Assembly (NCBI GenBank): GCA_963815095.1 | Contig: CAWFFH010000003.1 | Coordinates: forward strand, 1,467,541 to 1,531,540 | From: Candidatus Bathyarchaeota archaeon | GTDB lineage: Archaea; Thermoproteota; Bathyarchaeia; Bathyarchaeales; Bathycorpusculaceae | DNA: 64,000 bases | Direction: 5' to 3' | Shown here: positions 1 to 10,819 of the stretch, piece after piece | Layout of the letters: each line of letters starts with the position of its first letter | Numbering within the stretch: the first letter of the stretch is position 1 | Notes under the pieces: model-generated | The model's database searches: none | What the model saw: the letters and a program-made list of their open reading frames with translations, nothing else | What the model was told of the DNA's origin: nothing | Position numbers and translations under genes: made by a program

Positions 1-264
1 TTCCGGTGAACCAGGACTTGGATACTTGAGTTGATATAATTCTTCAGGAAAGCCATAGAAGTCATAGATAGTCTTTGGTTTTTCCACACAAGTCACAAAT
101 GTTCCTTGTGTTAACCAATGAGCTGATATCACCAGTATAGCTTTTGGCTTAGGAATTTCTTTGGCTGCTTTAACCAGACTATCAGTATAGCTATTTTTGA
201 GAACAATGTTCATGGGCGAGCCATGACCAACAAAGAGAACAGGCAAATTTTTAGTTGTATCCAT
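1..264 (-). CDS. ygiD: 4,5-DOPA dioxygenase extradiol / LigB-YgiD family (runs off window edge)
   Basis: Manual translation [19 protein letters not shown]...ILVISAHW...[13 protein letters not shown] shows the HGSPMN, SAHW and DFYGFP motifs; not in ORF track. Confidence 0.85.
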   Translation of the reverse strand, partial: MDTTKNLPVLFVGHGSPMNIVLKNSYTDSLVKAAKEIPKPKAILVISAHWLTQGTFVTCVEKPKTIYDFYGFPEELYQLKYPSPGSPE

Positions 265-423
265 TTTACCTTGCCTTACTTTTAACTATAAACACTTACT
301 CTAAAACAGTTTAGTCTATCTAAGCTAAAGAGATTTCTTTATTTGAAATACAAACTTATACATTTATGTTTTAAAACATAGTATTACCCAAAAAAACAAT
401 ACTTTACCTGAAGGAAAAACCGT

Positions 424-1614
424 TTGGCGCCGCAACAAAGTGTGTTCAAAGACGAATCAAAACTCGACATAAACTACATCCCAGCAAAGCTGCCGCACCG
501 CGAAACCCAACACCGCCTCCTCATGGAATTCTTCAACTTCATTTTGCGTTGTCCAGAACGCATGGCACAACGAGTCATATTAACAGGTGATGTAGGCACT
601 GGAAAAACTGCTCTCGCCCAACATTTTGGAGCAAACATCACCTCAGAATCCAACAAACGAGGAATAAAATTTCGTTATGTCCACGTTAACTGCCGCGAAT
701 ACCGAGGAAGCCTCTCGCCGATTCTGCATTGCGCGGTCACCGTTTTCCGTCCTAACTACCCCGCCCGCGGGTATGGTTCCGAAGAAATCTTGGGAACTCT
801 CATGCAGGTTTTGGACGAAGAAAACGCCACAATGATTCTCACCCTTGATGAATTTGATAGCTTGATCGAGAAGGAAGGCTCCGACGCCGTGTACAAACTG
901 ACACGGTTGCAGGAGATGCGGCAAGGCAAACCACAGCGGCTATCGTTCATCTTTATTATGCGTGACTTAGCGGCAATTGAACCGCTAGATGAGAGCGCTA
1001 AAAGCACGCTACAACGTAGCATCATTCGATTAGAGCGTTATGGAAAACCGCAACTCATCGACATCTTAAAAGACCGTGTCACCATGGCGTTTGAGTTGGG
1101 CGCGGTGCCCGAGGATGTGGTGGATTTGATTGCGGAGTTGGCTTTCACGGAGACTGGCAATGCCCGCTTCGGAATTGAATTGTTGTGGAGATCAGGCAAA
1201 TACGCTGACGCCGAAGACGCAGGTGCCGTAGAACCCGAGTGTGTTCGACTAGCAGTTTCTTCAATTATTCCTGGTTTACGTCGCAGTGAGTTGTCAACTT
1301 TGGGTTTGCATGAGAAGTTGTTCTTGCTTGCCGTTGCGCGTTACTTTAAGGAAAACGAGCAAGCCTATGTTTCTCTCTCTGAAATTGAGAAAGCCTATGC
1401 GGTTGCATGCGAAGAATTCGACGAGACACCTAACGGTCATACACAAATTTGGAACTACGCCCAATACCTCTCAAAACTCGGCATAATAAAAGCAGAGACA
1501 GCAACTGCCGAAACACGCGGACGCACAACAAAACTTTCTTTGCCAACCATCCCAGCGGGTGAATTGGAGAAGGAATTAACTGCGAGTTTGCAATCCAAAA
1601 CAGAGCGAGCGTGA
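424..1614 (+). CDS. cdc6: Orc1/Cdc6 replication initiation protein
   Basis: IPAKLPHRE start, Walker A GDVGTGKT, HVNC, Walker B LDEFD, GNAR sensor, C-terminal wHTH ending RGRT. Confidence 0.93.
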   Translation: MAPQQSVFKDESKLDINYIPAKLPHRETQHRLLMEFFNFILRCPERMAQRVILTGDVGTGKTALAQHFGANITSESNKRGIKFRYVHVNCREYRGSLSPILHCAVTVFRPNYPARGYGSEEILGTLMQVLDEENATMILTLDEFDSLIEKEGSDAVYKLTRLQEMRQGKPQRLSFIFIMRDLAAIEPLDESAKSTLQRSIIRLERYGKPQLIDILKDRVTMAFELGAVPEDVVDLIAELAFTETGNARFGIELLWRSGKYADAEDAGAVEPECVRLAVSSIIPGLRRSELSTLGLHEKLFLLAVARYFKENEQAYVSLSEIEKAYAVACEEFDETPNGHTQIWNYAQYLSKLGIIKAETATAETRGRTTKLSLPTIPAGELEKELTASLQSKTERA

Positions 1615-1618
1615 GCGC

Positions 1619-1885
1619 ATGGAAATAGAGGAAGTTTTTTCTTCAAAATCTCGCGTGAAAATCTTAAAACTCGTCTATCAACTGGGGCAACTTAATGTTT
1701 CAGATGTTGCTAGGCGATTAAAACTGAATTTTGCCTCAACCAGTGAGCACCTGAAAGTTTTGGAGTCTGAGGAGATTTTGCAGGAGCGCACTTATGGTCG
1801 TGTTCGCATGTACAGGTTTAATGAGGGTTCAGCAAAAGCTAAAGCAGTGCAAAACCTATTAGACGTTTGGGAACAGGATAAGTAA
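1619..1885 (+). CDS. ArsR-like winged-helix protein
   Basis: SRVKILKL...NVSDVARRL...SEHLKVLE...GRVRMYR. Confidence 0.8.
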   Translation: MEIEEVFSSKSRVKILKLVYQLGQLNVSDVARRLKLNFASTSEHLKVLESEEILQERTYGRVRMYRFNEGSAKAKAVQNLLDVWEQDK

Positions 1886-1897
1886 GGTTGATTTAGC

Positions 1898-2335
1898 ATG
1901 GCTATGGTTGATGTTTCGGGTAAAGCAGAAGTTTTCAGGGAAGCAACCGCGACTGGTTCGATAAAGTTGAAGTCAGAGACTATTGGTTTAGTTCAGGATG
2001 GAAAAATCGCTAAAGGCGACCCCCTCTACACCGCGAAGATTGCAGGCGTGCTGGCGGCTAAACGAACAAGCGATTTGATTCCTCTTTGTCATCCATTACC
2101 ATTGACTAATGTAGAAGTAGACGTGAAAGTTACCGATAAAACAACAGTATCCGCCACTGCAACCGTAAAAACCAAGGCCCAGACGGGCGTAGAAATGGAA
2201 GCCCTAACCGCAGTTTCTCTCGCGCTACTTACGGTTTGGGACATGACAAAACAATACGAAAAAGACTCCGCAGGACAATACCCTTCTACTACGATTGAGA
2301 ACATTCACGTGGTCAAAAAATTTAAGCAGGTATAA
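1898..2335 (+). CDS. moaC: cyclic pyranopterin monophosphate synthase MoaC
   Basis: MVDVSGK, LIPLCHP and TGVEMEAL motifs. Confidence 0.96.
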   Translation: MAMVDVSGKAEVFREATATGSIKLKSETIGLVQDGKIAKGDPLYTAKIAGVLAAKRTSDLIPLCHPLPLTNVEVDVKVTDKTTVSATATVKTKAQTGVEMEALTAVSLALLTVWDMTKQYEKDSAGQYPSTTIENIHVVKKFKQV

Positions 2336-2337
2336 TT

Positions 2338-2871
2338 ATGAGTGAAAGTTCCAAAGGACATAAAGCAAAAGCCCCTAAAATCCTGAATTTTGGCATTTAC
2401 ATCTGCAGCACCTCACGTTACAACCAAATTGAAGCTGGCGAAAAAGATGTCAGCGATGTCGGCGGCGGCACCATTGTGGAACTGCTCGAGAAGGCTGGGC
2501 AAAAAGTGGTCTTCAAAAAAATTGTTGCCGATGATGAAACGATGATTCAGGATGCGGTTATGTACGTAATGGGTTTAAATGAGGTGGATGTCGTAATCTT
2601 TTCAGGCGGCACAGGCATAACCCCCACAGACATCACGATTGAGACGGTTTTGCCATTCCTGGACAAAGTCTTGCCGGGGTTTGGCGAGTTTTTCCGCAGA
2701 ATAAGCTTTGACCACGTGGGTTCCGCAGCTGTTTTATCTCGCGCTATAGCTGGAGTTGCAAGGGGCAAAGCTATCTTTTGTATCCCAGGTTCGCCTGACG
2801 CTGTGAAAACCGCGGTGGAAATACTTATTTTGCCCGAGGCTCCTCACATCGTTAAGCACGCACGTGAATAA
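2338..2871 (+). CDS. moaB: MoaB/MogA molybdopterin adenylyltransferase family
   Basis: GGTGITPTDITIE, PGFGEFFR, SRAIAG, IPGSP; lies between moaC and moaA. Confidence 0.92.
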   Translation: MSESSKGHKAKAPKILNFGIYICSTSRYNQIEAGEKDVSDVGGGTIVELLEKAGQKVVFKKIVADDETMIQDAVMYVMGLNEVDVVIFSGGTGITPTDITIETVLPFLDKVLPGFGEFFRRISFDHVGSAAVLSRAIAGVARGKAIFCIPGSPDAVKTAVEILILPEAPHIVKHARE

Positions 2872-2873
2872 CG

Positions 2874-3815
2874 ATGAGTTTAACAGACAACTGCGGCAGA
2901 CCGCTTCTAAACCTTCGAATTTCGATTACTCAGCGATGTAACAATCGCTGCGCCTACTGCCACCGAGAAGGCGAAGTGCAACGTGCAAACCGCTCGGCAG
3001 AGTTAATGTCTGTGCAAGAAATCGTTCGCATCACTAAAGTTGCCGTAGGTTTAGGGATTGCGCGGATAAAGTTGACTGGCGGCGAACCCCTAATGCGCAA
3101 GGACCTGCCTGAGATCATCCATGGAATATCTGAGATCGCTGGCTTGAGAGATTTATCATTAACCACAAACGGCTTATTGCTCGGCGGAGGCATGGCAAAG
3201 AAACTAAAAGACTGTGGACTCAGACGTGTAAACATAAGTTTACCTTCCTTAAATCCAGAAACCTACAACAAACTGACAGGCGGAAACCTCGAAGCCGCGT
3301 TGCAGGGTGTAAAAGCTGCTATTGAAGCAGATTTTCGTCCAGTTAAACTAAACACGGTTGTTTTAAAAGACGTTAACGTAGGCGATGTACCCGATCTAAT
3401 TGAATACGCTGGACGCAATGACATTGTTTTGCAGCTTATCGAACTTGACCCTGTAAACGTCGGTGACAAATACTACCTTGAACACCATCGAAGTCTAGAA
3501 GAACAAGAAACTATGCTTAAAGCCAAAGCCATCTCAGTTGAGAAGCGTCCCTTCATGCATAACCGCCTAATCTACCACCTCCCAAATGCAACAGTCGAAG
3601 TTGTAAAACCTATAGAAAACACCGACTTCTGTATGCACTGCACGCGAATGCGCATCACCAGTGACGGCAAACTAAAACCCTGCCTAATGCGAAACGATAA
3701 CTTGACTGACATTTTGACGCCTATCCGTAAAGGCGCAAGCGACGAGGAACTGCAGGAACTTTTTGTTAAAGCTAACTTTTTGAGGGAACCCTACAATAAA
3801 CCTAATACATTGTAA
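2874..3815 (+). CDS. moaA: GTP 3',8-cyclase MoaA
   Basis: LRISITQRCNNRCAYCH, TGGEPL, FCMHCTRMRITSDGKLKPCL. Confidence 0.96.
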   Translation: MSLTDNCGRPLLNLRISITQRCNNRCAYCHREGEVQRANRSAELMSVQEIVRITKVAVGLGIARIKLTGGEPLMRKDLPEIIHGISEIAGLRDLSLTTNGLLLGGGMAKKLKDCGLRRVNISLPSLNPETYNKLTGGNLEAALQGVKAAIEADFRPVKLNTVVLKDVNVGDVPDLIEYAGRNDIVLQLIELDPVNVGDKYYLEHHRSLEEQETMLKAKAISVEKRPFMHNRLIYHLPNATVEVVKPIENTDFCMHCTRMRITSDGKLKPCLMRNDNLTDILTPIRKGASDEELQELFVKANFLREPYNKPNTL

Positions 3816-3817
3816 GG

Positions 3818-4582
3818 CTAACTTTGATTTGACGCATATTTTGTTCTGAATCTATTTTGGGCAGCTTTAAAATCGTTTCGAATGGACTCGTTTTCTGATT
3901 GCGCTGGTATTGTCTGCTGCTTGTCTGATTTGCCTTTTGTTTCCAATAGTTTGTCAGCGCATTCTTTGGCTTCCTCTTTTCGGTTAAGCCTAGCCAACAT
4001 GATTCCTTTCCCAAGCATAGCATCTGTGAAGTTAGGTTTCAGTCGGAGTGCTTGCTCAAAAGATGCCAAGGCTTTCTGGTAGTCTGCAAGGTTGCTCCAC
4101 ATGAGTCCGATGTAGTAGTCGATTCTGGCGTCGGTTGGTCTTTGCATTTTTGTATCTTGATAGCATTTGAGGGCGTCTTCGAATCTTTTGAGTTTTTGAA
4201 ACGCGATGGCTAAACCCAAACGGAACTCCAAGTTATTTGGATCCAACTCAACAGCTTTTTTGAAGCATTCAACTGCTTTTTCGTTCAGATTCATTGCGGT
4301 GTAGGTTGCTGCTTTTAGGCGGTAGGCATCGGCAAATCTTGGGTCAATTTGGATTATTTTGTCGTAGGATTGGAGGGCTTCTTTGTATCTGCCCAGTTTG
4401 CCATAAATTACGCCTTTTATGAGCCAAGCATCAACATAGTCTGCTTGGAGCGCTAAAGCTTCTTCAAGTGACATCAATGCGCTTTCATATTTGCCAGTAC
4501 TTTCGTAGACGACAGCATTTTTGAGTTTGGTAGCTGCTTTTATGAACGTAGGCGGTCCATTGTTTATGTTTTGGTCAACCAT
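3818..4582 (-). CDS. tetratricopeptide repeat protein
   Basis: About 6 TPR units (AW..KG..Y..LG.Y.EAL..YD); start uncertain, ORF extends to 4666. Confidence 0.88.
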   Translation of the reverse strand: MVDQNINNGPPTFIKAATKLKNAVVYESTGKYESALMSLEEALALQADYVDAWLIKGVIYGKLGRYKEALQSYDKIIQIDPRFADAYRLKAATYTAMNLNEKAVECFKKAVELDPNNLEFRLGLAIAFQKLKRFEDALKCYQDTKMQRPTDARIDYYIGLMWSNLADYQKALASFEQALRLKPNFTDAMLGKGIMLARLNRKEEAKECADKLLETKGKSDKQQTIPAQSENESIRNDFKAAQNRFRTKYASNQS

Positions 4583-4815
4583 GTCATCAACCGGCAATTC
4601 TTGGCAGTTAGCTAAAGTGTCACATTGGTTAATTCGATTTATAGGTAACCGCCTAAAAAAATGCAAACTGCCCTCAGGAAGATGTTCGGTTTAACAACGC
4701 ATGTTGATAAAACAATAATTGAAGTTAACAAACGAAAGACAAATAACCATTATAAATGGTGAAGAACGTTTTTTTTGTATAAATACTAATTAAAATTAAG
4801 TTGAAAAAGAATGGC

Positions 4816-5313
4816 TTAGAGTTCGATTATTCTTGCTTGCCATTTAAGTGTGTCTAAGATTGCAAGGGTAGGTTTTCCTGTTAGGTATCCGCAGAGTTCT
4901 CCAGGGTTTATGGAGAGGGTTTTGCCTTTTTGTTCGATGCCCTTGTTGTGGGAGTGCCCGTGGATTACAGCGTCAAAGTAGCCGCTGTCAATTAAGGCGT
5001 TTAGAAGTTCTGTTTCGTGTCCATGGAGCAGGCCGATTCGGTAGCCTTCTGTGGTTAATTGGGTGAATCTGTCGTGGATGGTGCAGTTGGCAGTTTCGCT
5101 AAAGCGTTTTTTTAATAGTTCGTGATCGCCATCGTTGTTGCCAAATACCCCAATGAGTGGGCAGTTTAGCTTAGCTAATTTTGGGATAACAAAACCGGCA
5201 ACGTAGTCGCCTGCGTGAAGCACCAAGCCGACTTTTTGCTCGTTTAGAATCTTCACAGCTTTTTCTATCAGAGGCAAATTATCATGAGTGTCCGAGATTG
5301 CGCCAATCAACAT
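4816..5313 (-). CDS. YfcE/MJ0936-family metallophosphoesterase
   Basis: SDTHDN, HAGD, GNND, HG, HGHSH and INPG motifs. Confidence 0.92.
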   Translation of the reverse strand: MLIGAISDTHDNLPLIEKAVKILNEQKVGLVLHAGDYVAGFVIPKLAKLNCPLIGVFGNNDGDHELLKKRFSETANCTIHDRFTQLTTEGYRIGLLHGHETELLNALIDSGYFDAVIHGHSHNKGIEQKGKTLSINPGELCGYLTGKPTLAILDTLKWQARIIEL

Positions 5314-5526
5314 ATCTGTTCACACTTGTTTTTTCGCGCATTAAGAAATAAATGTTTACTGCAAAGGACAGAGGAAGCATTTGAAAAAATTACAGTTTAA
5401 GAAAGACTTTTCCATTGGTAAGCATATTGGAAATTAAAACCTTAAAAATAAAACGGTAAATAAAAGAGATAGAAGTGAACAGCCATAACAAGGACTAAAC
5501 GCAAACGAAGAGACCAACTAACGATA

Positions 5527-5784
5527 ATGGCTAACATAATAGAAATCGCCAAAGAAGGTGCTCTCAAAACCCAAATAATGTACAAAGCAAACCTGAGCTT
5601 CACACAACTCAACAATTACATATCATTTTTAATTAGTAACAATCTGTTAACCCGGACAATTTTTGATGGCAGAGAAGGCTACACAGTTACCGAGCAAGGG
5701 CTAGATTTTCTTCAAAAACACAGCAGATTAGTCCAACTTCTAAAGATCTCTGGTAGCTCTAGAAAAAATGAGGTTTATCTCTGA
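5527..5784 (+). CDS. winged-helix DNA-binding protein
   Basis: KTQIMYKANLS...Y.VTEQG pattern; an in-frame RRDQLTI just upstream suggests an earlier start. Confidence 0.8.
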   Translation: MANIIEIAKEGALKTQIMYKANLSFTQLNNYISFLISNNLLTRTIFDGREGYTVTEQGLDFLQKHSRLVQLLKISGSSRKNEVYL

Positions 5785-5814
5785 CTGACTGCACTCAAAA
5801 AAACTTGAGGAAAT

Positions 5815-6534
5815 TTAGCACTTCTCAAGTACAGAGGGCAATTCACTTAGGCTTTTAATGGTATGATCCGGACAAAATCGTTCTGAGGCTTTTTGTTCGC
5901 GGCGTTCGATATAGATGGATTTCATTCCTATTGCTTTGGGGCCTTCAATGTCTGCGTCAATGGTGTCCCCGACAAAAACTGCTTCAGTCGCATAAACACC
6001 TACCGTTTTCAATGCATTTTGAAAAATTTCTGGGCATGGCTTGCGTTTGTTAATAGCTGCAGAAACCACAATTACTTCAAAAAATCCATCCAAACCAGCC
6101 GCTATGAGTAACTTGTGAACACATTCTGGAATAGCAAAGTTGGAGACGATTCCCAGCTTGTATTTTCCATGCAACTTCTTGAGCATTGCTTTAGCGTTCA
6201 CATCTATTCGGACAAATTTCATGAATTCCTCACAAAACTCATTTGTTGCAGCCGCTACAAGAGGGCTTGAAACATCATAATTGTAGCCTAAACTTTTCAG
6301 TGCTTCAAAAACGCGGACGTTAAAGTGGGGTTCTTCCCAATTCAAATCTGCTTTGGCGTAGAGGCAGTCACGCGCTTCAATGTACGCTGCGTTAAACTTT
6401 TCAAAAGGAACCTCTATGCCGTTTTTGTGGAGGTACCGATACATTCTCATTAGAGATGGACTGTAAAACTCATGATTCTTCTCAATCATCATAAGGGTAT
6501 CGAACATGTCAAACAAGACGGCTTTAATCGGCAT
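5815..6534 (-). CDS. HAD-superfamily hydrolase
   Basis: FDMFDTL, VSN, RKP, VGD...D..G. Confidence 0.92.
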   Translation of the reverse strand: MPIKAVLFDMFDTLMMIEKNHEFYSPSLMRMYRYLHKNGIEVPFEKFNAAYIEARDCLYAKADLNWEEPHFNVRVFEALKSLGYNYDVSSPLVAAATNEFCEEFMKFVRIDVNAKAMLKKLHGKYKLGIVSNFAIPECVHKLLIAAGLDGFFEVIVVSAAINKRKPCPEIFQNALKTVGVYATEAVFVGDTIDADIEGPKAIGMKSIYIERREQKASERFCPDHTIKSLSELPSVLEKC

Positions 6535-6583
6535 CAAATTTCCTGAATTTAAGGCTGGTTGAACCTTAAAATTCTTATCGCAC

Positions 6584-7864
6584 CTAAACGGGCCTTTTTT
6601 CATTTTGCCGCCCTAACCTTTTACGCACCCAATAGTAGGCTGTTCCTGCTATTAAGAAGATTACTCCAACCAACCAAGCTTGTGGCGAAGCAAATAGAAT
6701 AAAAGCTAACAACAATATGCAAGTCGCTAACCCCAGCAACGGCAGAAACCTCAGCCATCCACCCCCATTCTTCAGTTTAAAAGCTGCAACGTTAGTGATC
6801 GAATAGTTAAACAAAAGAGCAAACGTGCTGATTGCTACTACCTGCGTCAAATCGACAAATAAAACCAAAACTGCCATCAAAACTCCACTAACCAAAATCG
6901 CCCAATAGGGCGTTAGAAACCTGCTATGCAACCGAGCCAAAGCAGACGGCAAATCATTGCGGCGCGCCATCGAATAAGCCATACGGGAAACGCCCAGAAT
7001 CGCTGTCAGCAAAACGCTTGCCGTAGCCACCAAACCGCCAACAGCAATAATTTGAACAGCCAGAGAATTGCCCGTGGTACCAATAGCGGCACTTAGAGGA
7101 GACGACGACGCAGCAAGGCCAACGGAACCCAACAAACCCACAGCCACTAACCCGACTAAAACATAAACAACCATCGAAATCCCAAGCGACAACAACATTG
7201 CACGAGGCACATTTCGCTTAGCATCCTTCACTTCCTCAGCGACTACTGATACTCTTGCGAAACCGCCGTAAGCGAAAAAGATAAAGAATGTTCCATAGAG
7301 CACGCCGCTTGAAAGGGGGACGAACGGACTGAAATTTCCTGTGTTAATATGCAAAACGCCAAAAGAAACAAAAAACGCCAATGCTGCAAGTTTAATGGTG
7401 ACTAAAACATTGTTGACTTTTGCAGATTCTCTAGCTCCAACTAAATTTAGCCCTGTAAACCCCAAACACAAAATAGCTGCAACTATGCCTGTTGGCAAAC
7501 TTGGGAACGCCGACTTCAAATAATAGGCAAACCCAAGCGAGACGGCTGCTCCTGTGAATGTGTTTGCGATCAGCCACATCCAACCAGCTAGAAAGCCAGC
7601 GTAGGGTGAAACTAGCTGGCGTCCGTATTCGTAGACGCCGCCTTCGACTGGTTGCCAAGTGGTTAATTTTGTAAAGCTCCAGGCTGTGATGAAAGCTATT
7701 ATGCCTGCGATAACCATGGATACGACAAGTGCGGAGCCGGCGTAACCTGCTACGATGCCTGTGACAACAAAGATTCCGCCACCTATGATGGCGCCAACGT
7801 TGATAGCAACGGCGCTCCACAACCCAATTGAGCGTTTAAGTTTTCTGGGTTCCTGTTTCTCCAC
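6584..7864 (-). CDS. APC-family amino acid permease
   Basis: IIGGGIF, GG.Y.Y, FFAYGGF..V..VAEE; about 12 hydrophobic segments. Confidence 0.92.
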   Translation of the reverse strand: MEKQEPRKLKRSIGLWSAVAINVGAIIGGGIFVVTGIVAGYAGSALVVSMVIAGIIAFITAWSFTKLTTWQPVEGGVYEYGRQLVSPYAGFLAGWMWLIANTFTGAAVSLGFAYYLKSAFPSLPTGIVAAILCLGFTGLNLVGARESAKVNNVLVTIKLAALAFFVSFGVLHINTGNFSPFVPLSSGVLYGTFFIFFAYGGFARVSVVAEEVKDAKRNVPRAMLLSLGISMVVYVLVGLVAVGLLGSVGLAASSSPLSAAIGTTGNSLAVQIIAVGGLVATASVLLTAILGVSRMAYSMARRNDLPSALARLHSRFLTPYWAILVSGVLMAVLVLFVDLTQVVAISTFALLFNYSITNVAAFKLKNGGGWLRFLPLLGLATCILLLAFILFASPQAWLVGVIFLIAGTAYYWVRKRLGRQNEKRPV

Positions 7865-7918
7865 TCAGACCACGGCTAGCCAAACTCAAGCGTTTTGCCT
7901 ATTAAAACCTTGCAAGCG

Positions 7919-10819
7919 CTATTTGTCCCAGAATTCTCTTGTTCGCAGGTATTGCACCTTCGCTTTGAGCAGGTCCATGTAGAAAGTGTCTTCATCGGGG
8001 TGCATTTTTCCCAAAATCCTCGATGCTGTCTCGGGACCAACCCCTTTTACCTGAAGGGCGCGAACCGCCTGTTTTCCATAACTTAGAATTAGGTCGGCTT
8101 TGCGTCGGGCGTTGCTGAGGTCTTTGAGTTCTTCAGGCGTGAGCTCTTTACCCTCGCGGCGCTTCTGTAAATCTCCTTTCAATTTCTCCACATCTTGACT
8201 GAAATACAGCAGTGTTAGGAGGCGTGAGTGACAGTTTCCACATTCTGGCTCTTCGGGTAGGTCTTTGATTCGCGTTTGTGCAGTCCATGTGCCGCAGTGC
8301 ATGCAGAGCAGTTTGGCAACTCGTACGTCGATGGAGTGTTTCATTCGGTCGATGTTGGTTAAGAGTAAGCGTTCCGGAGTCATGAGTTCGGCTGTGTCGG
8401 CATACTGCATTAGAATGTGGTAGGCGAAGGGTGTGGGTTTTTCACGGATGATTGTGCTGACTGTGATTTTTCCGTCTCTTATGTCGCCCAGAATCTGTTT
8501 AACTTGGGGCAAGTCAACTTTATCCATCATAGCTTCCCGAATAGTTTCATCGTAGATTGGGGTGTCTTTGAAAGCGGCTTGCAGTTTTTCAGCGCGATCC
8601 GAGTGGGCTAAGGGTCTTCCTCTTGGTAGAGCGCCAAAACGCTCGGCTACAGCCTTCATTCGGCTAACAAAGGGAAATTTGGAGTTAACATAATTGAGGA
8701 AAGCCTCATCTACTCGATCGTCAGACAAGCCAAAAAGCTCTTTTTGCAAGCCTTCAACCTCTTGCTTGGAGGGTTTGTGGCTGGTCTCGATTAATATGCG
8801 GTAGCCGTCGGTCCACCAACCAGTAATTGCTTCCCGCTCTGAGAGAATTGAATCGAAAATTCCGCCCAAAGTGCGGTTGACTAGCTCGCCAAAGCATGCG
8901 TGGACCACAATGTAGCGGTCCAAAACCTCGATGACTATGCGGTTCTGCGTGGGCAGAGGGGCGCCGTCTTTAATGTGCTCAGCAATCTCCAAGACAGTGT
9001 CCGAGAGTGTTTCTTTATTCGTTTTCATCTCCACGGCTAACTCTTCTGACGCTTCTTGGGGCTTTTTGCCCTGTTTTATCAGTTGTCCGACTTTTTCCCG
9101 CATCACGCCTGTCTGCTGCGCTAAATCGAAGGGGACAGGCAGGATTTCTCCATCCCACCCTGGAATAGCCGCTGATGGGTCTTCAGCGGGTAAAACGTGT
9201 ACCGTGCCGGTTTCATCTTCAATTTGGACGATGCGCCAAACCTTTCCCCGCATAACAAAATTCAAACCCACACGCGCGTGAAGAGTCATGAATTCGTCGC
9301 CTAAAGTGCCGATTTTGCGGTCACTTATTATGTTGACTACGGGGTAGCGTTTCTCGTCGGGGATCATAGATAGGTTGCTGTAGTAGTATTCGCGTGTTCG
9401 TCCGGTTTTTTTCAAAACTTTTCCTTCCTCTTCAGTTCTTAGTTTGTGGAGGCTTTCCAAAAACTGCACCACATCTTGGAGCTGTTGTTGTGTTAGGGTG
9501 CTGTATGGATAAGCCCTCTGAATTATGGTTAATAGTTCTTGTTGGGTGATGGTTTCTTTGTCCATGAGGACGCCGGCGATTTGATGCGCTAAAACGTCTA
9601 AGGCGTTTTTGTGGAATAGTACTGGTTCGATTTTGCCTGCTTTGGCGTTTGCGACTGCGGCTATGGATTCTAAGGTGTCATCTGGGAATGCTGTGATGAT
9701 GATGCCTTCTGAGAGGCGCTCTAAGCTGTGGCCGCTTCTGCCTACACGTTGGATAAGGCTGCTGACTTGCCTTGGAGACATGTACTGTATAACCAAATCT
9801 ACATTGCCGATGTCTACACCTAACTCGAGTGTGCTTGTGCAGATTATCGCTTTTATGGTTCCCGCTTTGAAGGCATCTTCGGTCAGAACCCTTTCTTCAC
9901 GGGATAAAGACCCATGGTGCACCGCTATGTCTGTTCGACCCAGCTGGTCAAATCTGTGCCCAAGTAATTCTGCAATGGTGCGGCTGTTCACAAAGACCAA
10001 TGTGGATTTGTGGGTGTCGATTAATTCGATTAGTCGGCGGATTCTTGTTGCGGCTTCAGGTGCGGTTTCCAGTTTTGCGGCTAATTCGTAGTCTTTTTCG
10101 GTTGGCGTTAAATATTCGACGCGGTAACGGTAGTTTTTGGCTAAAACCGCTTGTACGATATTGATTTCTCGTTTGGTTCCAGCGATGAAACGGGCAACTT
10201 CCAGGGGGTTGCCCACAGTTGCTGATAACCCGATTCTTTGGAACTCTTTGCCTCTTGCTTCAACTATTCGTTCCAGCGCTATAGTCAATTGGGCGCCCCG
10301 TTTGTTCTCCGCCAAATCATGCACCTCATCAATAATTACGCATTGCACGTTGCCAAGGTGTCTTCGCATCTGGGAACCAGGCAAAATCGCTTGCAAAGTT
10401 TCAGGTGTGGTGACGAGCATTTGGGGCGGTTTTAGTGCTTGTTTTCGGCGAATCTTCATTTCTGTATCGCCATGCCGAACCTCAACTGTTATGTCGAGTT
10501 GTTGGCTCCAAAACGTTAAGCGCTTAAACATGTCACGGTTCAAAGCCCTCAAAGGCGTAATGTAGATTACTTGAATGCCTTTTTGATCCTGATTTTTCTG
10601 TTCGATGAGTTTGGAGAAGATTGGGAGCAGAACGGCTTCGGTTTTGCCTGTGCCTGTGGGCGCAATTAAAAGCACGTTTTTGCCTTCTAAAATCGGTGGA
10701 AAAGCCAGAGTTTGAGGCAAAGTGGGTTCAGAGAATCCAAGCGTCGCTAAGGCTTTGCGTACGGGTTTGGCGAGTAATTCGAAAACAGAATTGGAGCCTT
10801 CAAGCTGCATTTTCTTCAT
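7919..10819 (-). CDS. lhr: Lhr-family SF2 helicase
   Basis: APTGTGKTEA, DEVH, SAT, HHGSLS, QRVGRSGH, C-terminal CxxC...CxxC and HhH. Confidence 0.93.
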   Translation of the reverse strand: MKKMQLEGSNSVFELLAKPVRKALATLGFSEPTLPQTLAFPPILEGKNVLLIAPTGTGKTEAVLLPIFSKLIEQKNQDQKGIQVIYITPLRALNRDMFKRLTFWSQQLDITVEVRHGDTEMKIRRKQALKPPQMLVTTPETLQAILPGSQMRRHLGNVQCVIIDEVHDLAENKRGAQLTIALERIVEARGKEFQRIGLSATVGNPLEVARFIAGTKREINIVQAVLAKNYRYRVEYLTPTEKDYELAAKLETAPEAATRIRRLIELIDTHKSTLVFVNSRTIAELLGHRFDQLGRTDIAVHHGSLSREERVLTEDAFKAGTIKAIICTSTLELGVDIGNVDLVIQYMSPRQVSSLIQRVGRSGHSLERLSEGIIITAFPDDTLESIAAVANAKAGKIEPVLFHKNALDVLAHQIAGVLMDKETITQQELLTIIQRAYPYSTLTQQQLQDVVQFLESLHKLRTEEEGKVLKKTGRTREYYYSNLSMIPDEKRYPVVNIISDRKIGTLGDEFMTLHARVGLNFVMRGKVWRIVQIEDETGTVHVLPAEDPSAAIPGWDGEILPVPFDLAQQTGVMREKVGQLIKQGKKPQEASEELAVEMKTNKETLSDTVLEIAEHIKDGAPLPTQNRIVIEVLDRYIVVHACFGELVNRTLGGIFDSILSEREAITGWWTDGYRILIETSHKPSKQEVEGLQKELFGLSDDRVDEAFLNYVNSKFPFVSRMKAVAERFGALPRGRPLAHSDRAEKLQAAFKDTPIYDETIREAMMDKVDLPQVKQILGDIRDGKITVSTIIREKPTPFAYHILMQYADTAELMTPERLLLTNIDRMKHSIDVRVAKLLCMHCGTWTAQTRIKDLPEEPECGNCHSRLLTLLYFSQDVEKLKGDLQKRREGKELTPEELKDLSNARRKADLILSYGKQAVRALQVKGVGPETASRILGKMHPDEDTFYMDLLKAKVQYLRTREFWDK

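Noticed and set aside
265-423. Replication origin upstream of cdc6
   Set aside because: AT-rich but short, with no recognisable repeated ORB or G-string elements
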